64,000 nucleotides of DNA from Heptranchias perlo (Eukaryota). Of the stretch, positions 1 through 9,430 are shown in pieces. The translations under genes were made by a program, and so were the position numbers. The first letter of the stretch is position 1; each line of letters opens with the position of its first letter. Location of the stretch: NCBI RefSeq assembly GCF_035084215.1, contig NC_090335.1, positions 47,926,001-47,990,000 of the forward strand. The letters are read 5' to 3'. A model generated the notes under the pieces. That model saw only the letters and a list, made by a program, of their open reading frames with translations, made no database searches and was not told the DNA's origin.

Positions 1-293
1 TTTTAGACTGTGCCCCCTACTCCTAAAATCCCCAACCAGCGGAAATAGTTTCTCTCTATCCACCCTATCTGTTCCCCTTAAAATCTTATAAACTTCGATC
101 AGATCACCCCTTAACCTTCGAAACTCTAGAGAATACAACCCCAATTTGTGTATTCTCTCCTCGTAACTTAACCCTTGAAGTCCGGGTATCATTCTAGTAA
201 ACCTACGCTGTACTCCCTCCAAGGCCAATATGTCCTTCCGAAGGTGCGGTGCCCAGAACTGCTCACAGTACTCCAGGTGCGGTCTAACCAGGG
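1..293 (-). mobile_element. CR1 LINE ORF2 C-terminal fragment (cut by window edge)
   Basis: Reverse complement translates LVRPHLEYCEQFWAPHLRKDILALEGVQRRFTRMIPGL...RLRGDLIEVYKIL, the typical CR1 ORF2 C-terminus also seen at 41880-42455. Confidence 0.9.
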
Positions 294-1265
294 TTATATC
301 CTCTCTTTGCTTAAAAGTAGGAATTGCAAGTAGGAAATGTTTCTGTGAAGACTCAAGTCCAACCGAAAAAGTTCACTCATCTGTAATGTTAATATGTTCT
401 TCCCAATATTTGTTATTCAAAGTCAATGCAAAAGTCAGCTTCCATAAGCAAGTCTACATTTCCTATGAACTGAAGCTTAATCATTGTAGAAAATAATCTG
501 GGATAATGTTGCCACGAGGCAAACAATGAATTTTTCTACCAATGGGATATGCACTGGAAATAATGTGGCCTACCCACAAGCCAATGCAAAACACAACACT
601 GCCAAACTGTGTAGCTCAGGCTAAAAATTGTGCCATGTTTATTCCCAGATTAGGCAGCTTCTGGCTAAATCAGAATCAGAACAAAAACAGAATGAGGGGA
701 GATAGTTTGCAAACATTGATGATTAACAATAACACACGGCATCTCCTTTAATCAAGAGATGCTAATTCTAACACAATATGAAGCTGGTTAGCTTTCGAAA
801 AAACAAACCTTATTTTCGACGGTTCAACCATTAGGGAAAGTGATGGCACTTCCTCTCGCAGTGGTAATGTTACCTATATTAACACTGGTGTCTGGCCTAA
901 CCATAGACCACTTATAAAGAAATGCAAAACAAACTGTAGACCAACCGTACCCCTTTCTCTGCCACACTTCCGTGTTAATCACAAATAGTTTAACCTGGAC
1001 TTTTAGCATTAAAATAAATGGATTAAAATAATGTTGATTGGAAAATCTATGCTATTGCTTATTCTGTCCATCACAAAAACAGAAATCTCTGCCAGAAAAT
1101 AGTCACAACAGTCATTTTTAAATTGTTACAATACTGGCATAGCTTACAAAATTCCTATAAAAAATATTGATTCTTATGACGTGAAACAAGATGGATCCTC
1201 AGGTCGGTCACAATCGTCTTTTTACAAAACTACCAATTGTACTAAAAAGTATTTTTTTCCTACAG

Positions 1266-1667
1266 AAAGTAGTCTGAGTACGACTGTTACCAGTAACACT
1301 ACCAAGGTTTTGGAGGGTGACTTGCTCCAGTTCGTCTGTGATGTTCGTTCGGCAATCAGGAACAACAGTCGCCTCTCTGTCACCTGGCAGTTAATAAACA
1401 AACAGAGACAGGCCACTGACATCATCAGCTTGGACCAGGACGGTACTCAGGTTATTGGTACACTCTACCATAAGCGTGGTGCTAATGGAGACATCAGACT
1501 GGCCAAACGGCGGCCAGATTCTTTCATACTGGATCTACATAATGCAATAATATTGGATGATGGAGAGTATGTTTGTACGGTGGCTGAATGGATCATGAAC
1601 GTAGGTGGAGAATGGCAGCGAATAGGAAAACAATCAGCTCATGTCGTAGCGGTGGTAACTCCTCTAG
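1266..1667 (+). CDS. IGSF3: IGSF3 (EWI-3) internal exon, Ig V-type domain (equivalent to human Ig4)
   Basis: Acceptor ttttttcctacag|AA, donor CTAG|gtaagt, 402 nt, phase 1-1. Translates (E)SSLSTTV..VLEGDLLQFVC..LSVTWQL..DDGEYVCTVAEWI..VTPL, with Ig Cys/Trp/D-x-G-x-Y-x-C and the EWI motif. Confidence 0.93.
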
Positions 1668-2289
1668 GTAAGTGCTCGGACCAAAAAACCTGCCTCGGAG
1701 CTGAAAAATTTCTGTCTAGTCTGGTTACTGTCTGATTATCTAAAAGGAGTATTTTTTTGTAGAATATATAAATACTGGATATGTTGTGGTAATTATAATC
1801 ATTAACTGATCAAATCATGAGTGTTAAAGTCATAAGTGAATGTCAGTTAGCTCATTATGGAGATATTTCTGAAATAATGTGGCTGGCTATGACATATATT
1901 CCAGTTATAATACTAGAGTCACTACTTTTGAAATGTGTAATTGGGTGGAGGTTATTGATAAAAGTTTAAAAATGAACGCAGCATGAAATTTTCAGTGTAA
2001 GGATGTTGGATTGGATCCGCCACAATTGGGTTGTAGAGAGGGAAGCTAGCGGCTGCTTTAACTCTGCACCTCCAACTGGTGGAATTGCCGCTTGTTGGGA
2101 TATGCTGTGTATTCATGCTGCGATCATACCTACATACTCGCACACAATTTATGGTGAGTTGAGCTACTCGTGAGGAGTTCCTAGTACACACAGTTCGCCT
2201 AAAAGAGGCATTTGTTTCATGGCCAACTAATGACTATCCTCCTTGAGGAGAGGGAGGGGCGGGGGGAAGGAGGTAAATGTGATCTTTTT

Positions 2290-2545
2290 GAGGTGGCTCC
2301 AAGATGACATGCCTGGCAATGGAAGATTGGAACCAAGTCAACAGACTTGACAATCCAAAGCCTAACCTGGCTGAGCTGAGATATCCCCACGGTCAAATAA
2401 CATTCACTGGTTGGGTTCACATAAGAAGAATGGTCCACACGGGGAAGATACTGTAGGATGGCCAACAACCGTGGAACGGTACCCCAGTACAAGTGGGTGC
2501 CTTCAGGAAGGGGGTGGGGAGAGGGAATAGATCTTGCAATCCTGT
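2290..2545 (+). mobile_element. Degenerate 3' part of an LF-SINE-like element
   Basis: Segments ggttcacataagaagaatgg..gtggaacggtaccccagtacaag..ccttcagga are reverse-complement similar to the copies at 9085-9430 and 32410-32780. Confidence 0.45.
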
Positions 2546-2617
2546 GAAATAAGGTATTTTGGGAAGTTTTTAGATTGTGGAAGTTGGTGCTGATTCCTTT
2601 TTTTGATCACTTCTCAG

Positions 2618-3019
2618 AAACCGGCTTCAGCGTTACTGCAATGACACGAACACCATCAGTGATCTACAACAATGCATTTGAGCTGCAGTGTTTCATCAGA
2701 CCCACCTATCCTTCCCGAGTGCCAGTGTCTGTAACATGGAAATTCCAGCCTGCTGGCTCAAGCAACAGTTATGATATAGTCACTTTTGCACGTGACACAG
2801 CCATGGCATGGGGGGACAAGGCAACAAATTTTAAAAGTAAAACAATGATAATAAGGACATTGTCCAATAATGTCCGACTGGTTGTCTCTAAAGCCAGTGA
2901 CTTGGAGGCTGGGAGATACCAGTGCATTGCTGAACTGTGGCACCAAAACCAGATGGACCAGTGGGTGAGGAAAACCAGTAAATCTTCAAATATCCTGGAG
3001 GTGAAGGTTAAACCCCCAG
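2618..3019 (+). CDS. IGSF3: IGSF3 internal exon, Ig domain (equivalent to human Ig5)
   Basis: Acceptor cacttctcag|AA, donor CCAG|gtaagt, 402 nt. Translates (E)TGFSVTAMTRTPSV..FELQCFIRPTYPSRVPVSVTWKFQPAG..EAGRYQCIAELW..SNILEVKVKPP, closely resembling recalled human IGSF3 (GFAVTAISRTPGV..VPVSVTWRFQPVG..EAGKYQCVAELW). Confidence 0.95.
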
Positions 3020-3519
3020 GTAAGTGCATGGCCTTCTTGCTCAACTAGATTAAACTAGCTTGTCAGCCTGTTTATCCACTGATTTGTCCTTCATTCGATA
3101 CATCAATATGTCTGTGTACCTGTAGTCTCGTTCCTCAGTCGCCCTGCCCGTTTTCAATTCTGTGGTACAGTACAAGCTACTTAAATTCCTAACTGATCTG
3201 TTTACCACCTTATTAACATGCTACAGGCCAGAATACTTTGGTTTATAACAGTTTGGATAGACTAATATGAGACCCAAGAATTCTTATTAAATTTTAAGCA
3301 GCAAATCTCCTAGTTATTACAGAGGAGCACATGGCTCTAAACTTTTAATTATAAGAAATTCTGCATTATGGTCTTATTTCTTTTCACATACACATATATG
3401 TGTACCAAAGCAATGCATTGTGGTTGATAGGTATACATTTTGAAAAGGCCCCATTTTTTTCCGCCAATTTCCTCTCCTCTCTTGAAGGCATTGATTGCTT
3501 GCCAAAGTAGTTCCACAGA

Positions 3520-3840
3520 TGCTGGGTGCCCTATGGTAGTTTGCCCACGGAGGCCATTAAGCATGTGTGAATCTTGACAATGAGTGTTGGCAGGTTGTTA
3601 TATGTGATGCCAAGGCTGATCCCATGTTCACCCAACATGAACACTCAGCAGGGATTGGATAGCGATAGGCAACAGGAACCCCAGTTATTTTCTACCCCCC
3701 TAACCCAGGGACATTGCGACCAGTTATAGAGCCCCCACCTCCACACTGGCTCAGATCAGCTAACTCAGCACAACTGGAGGTCAAATCTGGGCCTTCTATG
3801 GCTCAGGTAATCAGTGGGTAAACTTGCCAAGCTATCAGAA
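3520..3840 (-). mobile_element. Old tRNA-derived SINE (LF-SINE-like)
   Basis: Motif gatcagctaactcagcac...tcaaatctgggcctt is shared with the copy at 9085-9430; it reads as a degenerate B-box-containing head on the minus strand. Confidence 0.55.
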
Positions 3841-4040
3841 AGCCAAGGCACTGTGTTTATTGTGCAGTATTTGGCAAACACTTATGTTCATTTTCCAACA
3901 TAAAGGCATAATTTGTCTCAAACACTTTTACATCAAACAGATGTCACTGTTCAGCTTGCACGTGATGTCATTGCAACAGTAAATGCCATGCAGCTCTCCT
4001 CCCTTCCCTACTATAAAGAAGCTTCTTTAAAAAACATAAT

Positions 4041-4913
4041 GGCCCCAATATTTACGAGGGTGCGGGGGAGCGTAGTAGTGCAGGGAAAACCCAGCAAGGC
4101 CCAGGACGCAGAGGTCCAGCCGAATTTAATGGCAGGACCTCATTATCATTTTTTCTTCCATTTCCCACCCGGAAGTCAGTCAAATTGAAAGGCAGGCCGA
4201 TTGCCGGGCCGGAAAACCGGCAGGAGGCCACAGCCAGGGACACTTGGGGACAGTCCCCAGCAATCAGTAGGGGGAGGGAGCAGGAGATTAGGGCTTGGTG
4301 GGGGAGAGGCCATCGCGGGAGGGAGGGAGTGAGACATTGAGGCTTGGTGGGGGGGAAGAGAGGCCATTGCGGGAGGGAGTGAGAGATCGGGGCTTGGTGA
4401 GGGGGAGAGAGGCCATCGCGGGAGGAAGGGAGTGAGAGATTGGGCTTGGTTGGGGGAGGGGAAGAGAGGCCATTGCAGGAGGAAGGGAGTGAGAGATCGG
4501 GGCTTGGTTGTGGGGGAGAGAGATGCCATTGCGGGAGGAAGGGAGTGAGAGATCAGGGTATGAGGGGAGGGATGTCAACTCCTGCTCCCCCTGGTCCACA
4601 AGGAGCGTGTTAAAGGCACTCAGCTTCTTAAGCCGGCAGCTCCCGCCTCCCTTTCACCGCCGGCTTTCCCGAGCCCTGGGAAACCCACACGGCAACTGTT
4701 AAATTTAAATCATGCTCCCAATTGCACTGTGGGAGCCCCATTTAAATATGTTAATGTGGCGGGACACTCGCACGACACGAAATCCGCTGCTGTAAAAATA
4801 GCAATGGGTGCATACACAGCAGGTTGGGGACATGTTCCCCGTTTTAAAAATTTTAACCCCCCCACTGCCCTGACCGTCTCCCGCTTGTCATGGGGTGGGT
4901 CAATATCGAGGCC
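4041..4913. mobile_element. Non-autonomous PIF/Harbinger-type DNA transposon (MITE-like) with internal ~57-bp G-rich tandem repeat (~4285-4570)
   Basis: TIRs ggccccaatatt (4041) and aatatcgaggcc (ends 4913), with AAT on both flanks (3-bp TSD). Internal unit gggcttggtggggggagaggccatcgcgggagggagggagtgagagatcg occurs about 5 times. Confidence 0.75.
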
Positions 4914-5491
4914 AATGACTTTCATTTCTGCCTGTCGGCCAGTCAATCTCTCTCCCTTCCCGTACAGTCCATAGTTTAGACTTCATCTCTCCATCTTCCC
5001 GCCTCCCTCCCACCTTCATCAGCTACTTCAGTCTTAAATGTAGCTGTCCCTTGAGGTCCTGAAGGCAGCTTTGCATCAAAGCTCATTTCCTGCAAGTAGG
5101 ATTGAATGGAGCCAGTAGCCATTAATGTTCTTGCTGTTCTGTCACAGCAGTAATTAGAGTCACTGTGCATTAGTAGTAATGAATGTTCATCTCTGAGCCA
5201 TTCACCAGAATCACTAGCATAGGAATGGAAGATTTGTTCCATTAACACTTTGAACTCCTGAATCATTCATTAGGAATTCTGAGGTCTGGCTCAAATATTT
5301 TCAAATGATTTTTAATATAGTGTATGTTTATTTATGATGCCGGATGGGCCTTATTTCTGATTTGATGGCATTTTCCTCAGAATCTGTCCTGGGCTTCAGA
5401 AATAATGTATGAGATCAGCAATCCTGAAACACAGGGAGAAGAAGGAAGGGGCTGAGAGAAGTCACAGAGAGAACTTCCAATAGAACATACA

Positions 5492-5790
5492 GGTCTAGGA
5501 ATTCGATGAAGCTGTGCCAGTTTTACAGGAGTAAAACGGGCACCAAAAGGTCCAATATGGCAGACAGCGGCACGCGCTCATTCTGACCCAGAAGTGCGTC
5601 ACCCACCATATTGGTATAGGCATCAAAAGAAGCGTCCAGGTCCCATACCTGAAGCAGATGTTAGGCCCTTAGGATATGCAAATAAGGGGCCTAACATCTA
5701 TTTGATGACCCTTTTATCAAATTGGTTTGCCTTGAACACAGCAGGAGTTATCCCCATGTGTGGGGGAATGAGGAGCACAGAACTATTGAA
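5492..5790. mobile_element. Terminal fragment of a probable DNA transposon with an internal palindrome around an octamer motif
   Basis: GC/CpG-richer block starting ggtctaggaatt. Inverted repeat agatgttaggccctta / taaggggcctaacatct flanks ATGCAAAT at 5676-5683. Loosely similar to 45455-45530. Confidence 0.45.
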
Positions 5791-6475
5791 ATCCCCAAAA
5801 ACCATGACATTTTAGAAACCATGACTTAGAAGATCTGTTAATTTTTAGGTGAAAATCTCTGATCAGAAGTCAGTTTAACATTTGCAAAATTATCAATGAA
5901 AATGAGGAAAAACTGAAAACAACATTAATGTTACAGAAATTCTCTCTGCAGTATGTATTAGTCCTTTTCCAGTTTTCTCTCCCCTGCCATAAGGACACTG
6001 GAGGTTATATTCGATAGCCCTTGAAACCGGGCGTGGGCATCGCGGTCCGCGATTAACCCGTGCCTGGTACTTCCGTCGCAGGCAGCACGAGGCACTCATC
6101 CTGCCTGAACATTCACCTCAGCCAAGCGTTGAAATCCTGCGTTGACATGACGATTCCTTGAAATTTGATTTTCCCCAGAAGGGAGATCCTGAATCTCTTA
6201 AAGGCAGGCTGTATCTCTGACAGGTAGCCTGCATCTCTTAAAGGTTGTCTGTATCTTTTATTTGCAAAAAAATAAGATACGGGTCTGCATGGAGTCTGAA
6301 CGGAGATCAGACATCGCACATGTAAAACACAGATGCAGGTCCCGTCCCTATATTTACAAACTGTTGAGTTATGTTAAAACATTGAACAAAGGTTGCACAC
6401 CACTAAATCCCACATCCTCCAATCTGCAGGCCAGACCTCACCAATCTGCCAGTCCGAGTTGGTACCAGGCCTATG

Positions 6476-6704
6476 AGAGTGTGTACACCAAGGTTCTTTG
6501 CTGATGCACTAGAGGCCTTGGTGCAAGAGGTGGACAGGAGGAGGGGCATCCTATATCCGCAGATGGGGTGGGGGGAGGTGGCAAGAGGTCCTCCAGACAT
6601 ATGCCCAAAAGGCAGTGGGGGATGCAGTCAATGCCAGGCACATAGCACCACGAACATGGATGCAGTGCAGGAAGAAGTTCAATGCTTTGACTTGAGTGGT
6701 CAAG
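6476..6704 (+). pseudogene. Degenerate Myb/SANT-like DNA-binding exon of a Harbinger ORF (NAIF1/MSANTD-like)
   Basis: PRFFADALEALVQEVDRRRGILYP, then after frameshifts KRQW..DAVNARHIAPRTWMQCRKKFNALT*VVK|gtgagt donor. A second exon remnant EKVAHNRRQ lies at ~6970. Confidence 0.8.
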
Positions 6705-7052
6705 GTGAGTGAGGTCAACTGTCAATTGGCATCTCCTACCAATTGCACCACTAACCGCATCCACTGCTCCTTTCACTACACCCCCCATCACCCACCTACC
6801 AACAAACTCTTTCAATCAGTATTCAACTCTGCCAATCAGATGCTTCCTCTCACCCTCACACATTACCAATGTTGCAAGCCGCCCACCCACACCTCACAGG
6901 CCACACACACTGGCAGCTATTCAACCATGACAGGCACATCACCCAGATACACATCCCACTTTCTTGCAAGAGAAGGTGGCACATAACAGGAGGCAGCATG
7001 TGGCAGTGGCATTTAGCCCCTCGAGCCTGTTCCGCCATTCAATGAGATCATG

Positions 7053-7149
7053 CAGCTCCAGAACGTGAAGCGGATTCGGTTTAAGCGAGTTGAGAATTTT
7101 ATAAGAGACTCCAGGAGGAAATCCCGAGATGAAGTTCGGTTTGTTCGGA
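7053..7149 (+). pseudogene. RPL7L1: Captured ~97-nt fragment of an RPL7L1-like coding exon
   Basis: Absent from the sister copy (~46020-46040). Translates QLQNVKRIRFKRVENFIRDSRRKSRDEVRFVR, similar to recalled human RPL7L1 [27 protein letters not shown]. Confidence 0.75.
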
Positions 7150-7807
7150 CTGTGACTTAACTCCATATGCCCATCGTAGCCCCATATTCCTTAATATCCT
7201 TGGTTCACAGAAATCTGACAATCTCAGATTTAAAATTCTCAATTGAGCTAACATCAACTGCCGTTTGCAGAAGAGCGTTCCAAACTTCTCCCACCCTTTG
7301 CATGTAGCAGTGTTTCCTAACTTCACTCCTGCTTTAAATGTTAAGCTATGTCCCCTCGTCCGAGTGTACAAGTATAGGAGACCTCCAAAAACAAGTACAA
7401 ATGCATCAGCAGCCAGAAGCAATAATCCAAAAATTAACCTGTAAATCCTGCATGGTCCCTTTAAATAGCGCTGGTGGAGGGGTCCTCCAGGCCGTTTAAG
7501 ACATGTTTAGCTGGTCGTGGTTAAGACAGTGCGTTGAGTGGAGCGTTAAGTGCCAAAATGGTGCCTATCACTTTAAATCAGCATTGCACACTGATCGAAT
7601 GCATATTCTCCCTACTTTACACGATGCCCACGTTCGTTATCCGGGCATGCACTAAACCCTTTACCAAGATTCCACTTCTGCCATTTAATCACTTCCTGTT
7701 CTCCGCTTGCACTTTACAGGTCATTCTATTTCTTCTTCTGTTGCATGGTCATTGTGGGGTTTTCCCTCTTTGCCTTTCCCTTATTTTTGTGCCTTTTTAA
7801 ATGTTTT

Positions 7808-8147
7808 TTTTAAAAAAAAAGACTCGATTTATATCGCACCTTTCACGACCTCAGGGCATCCTGAAGCGTTTTAAAACCAATGAATTACTTTTGAAGTGCA
7901 GTCACTGTTGTAATGTAGGAAACGCAGCAGCCAATTTGCACAAGCTCCCATAAACAGCAATAAGATAATGACCAGATAATCTGTTTTAGGTGTTGGTTGA
8001 GGGATACATGTTGGCCAGGATGCCAAGACAGGCATTTCCCACAGTGCAGCACTGAAGTGTCAGCCTAGAGTTTGTACTCAAGTCTCTGGAGTGGGACTTG
8101 AATTCACAACCTTCTGACTCAGGGGCGAGAGAGCCACCACTGAGTTA
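7808..8147 (-). mobile_element. tRNA-derived SINE (SacSINE1/DeuSINE-like, L2-type tail), internally deleted
   Basis: Minus-strand head taactcagtgg (A box) ... gaattcaagtccc (B box); tail aaaggtgcgatataaat resembles the L2 3' end at ~26130. Confidence 0.8.
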
Positions 8148-8164
8148 AATGTTGTTTACCTGTA

Positions 8165-8270
8165 ATATCTTCCGGCTCAGATGAAGGATCCATACCTGAA
8201 ACATTAACTTGTCTATTCTCTCCACAGATACGGCCTGACCTGCTGAGAGTTTCCAGCATTTTCTGTTTTA
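8165..8270 (+). mobile_element. Penelope-like terminal-repeat fragment with degenerate hammerhead motif
   Basis: cagatgaaggatccatacctgaaac..ctctccacagat..ctgacctgctgag..tttccagcattttctgtttt; related pieces at 26660-26765 and 62965-63160. Confidence 0.55.
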
Positions 8271-9084
8271 AATTAAAATGAGAGTTATTTTTAGAATCTG
8301 AATTGCACATTTAATTAAAAATCCTTTTTTCCTGTCTTACAAATTATTTATAGATTCTATTAATATTAAATTTGCAATTTCCATACACTTCATCATTCTA
8401 CCTAAGATCAGTTTACTTGACACTTACTTAGCAGATCTCATTTTCCCCAGTTATGTTGAATACAACAATTGATACATTGCTTTGTTTAGTCCCTTCCCCC
8501 ACTCGAGACAAAATCCTTTGCTTTGGCCCTGACCGTACAAATCATTAATGTTTCCAGTACATTCTGTTTGTTGATTTTTGGTACTGATCCCCAAAGACTA
8601 CAGAGAGGCACTTAAGCTGAACACTAATGGAGTCTGAGCAATGGTGTGCAAACAGCAGGAAATGGTGGCAAGTTATTCTTTCAACTTTTAAAATCCCTTG
8701 TGTATATGGATTAACTTAATATCACGATCCCTAAAGGATACTGTGGCACATTGCTTTTAATTTCTATTGTATAATAATTTCTTTCAGTGAGTAGAGATGA
8801 AAATTGTTATGAAAGACTATTTTCTATACATTTCTAATAAATTATAATTATTTTTGCACACAGATACTGTGTAGGGCTCAGTGACACAGTAGTTTAGTAC
8901 ACTATCCTTCCACCACTGGGATTGGATTTGAACTCAGCCCAGATTGGTGACACCATAAGTCCTAGAAGTCACAATAATATCTGTGGGTAATGCTGTGTTA
9001 CAGTTTATATGGAAATTCCTGCATTTACGAGATTCTCAACGCAAGTACATATGCGGAATTCCCAAAACCTACTGTTTTTTTTCC

Positions 9085-9430
9085 TTTAGAAATTACTTAT
9101 TAATTTTCTCCCTTCCTGAGGACATTGAATCTTTCTTGTGGTACAGTTCCACAGACAGCCTCTAGTACCTCGACCAAGTTACCATTATTCATGTGTAAGC
9201 TTTAACAGTGAATGCTGATGAGCTGTTTGACCTTAGATGCATCACAGTCAAGCCTGCTCTCTAACTGGTTTTCCGCATCCCCACCTCAGGGACACTGGGG
9301 ACAATTTTAAGATGACTACTGCCATTCTTACTGAGATCACCTAACTCAGCACTGACTGAGGATTGGGCCTGGGATCTTCCAGTTCTGTATGGCACAGCTA
9401 CTCATTGCATAAACTCATTAAACTATTAAG
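9085..9430 (-). mobile_element. Old tRNA-derived SINE (LF-SINE-like)
   Basis: gagatcacctaactcagcac..cctgggatcttcc..ctgtatggcacag head region and ctcccttcctgagg..ggtacagttccac tail are shared with other copies in the window. Confidence 0.55.

Larger units (their letters stand above)
5999..7670 (+). mobile_element. Non-autonomous Harbinger-like element, copy 1 (Myb/SANT gene remnant plus captured CR1 3' segment)
   Basis: Colinear with the reverse complement of 45410-47700, starting from the terminus ggaggttatattcgatagccc..cgcgattaacc. Contains Myb-like coding remnants and an antisense CR1 segment at ~7015-7360. Confidence 0.8.

Noticed and set aside
4176-4599. Pro/Ser-rich repetitive ORFs
   Set aside because: Translation artefacts of the MITE-internal tandem repeat.
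4976-5266. 96-aa minus-strand ORF with protein-like composition
   Set aside because: No recognisable domain, splice partners or promoter; lies antisense within an intron.
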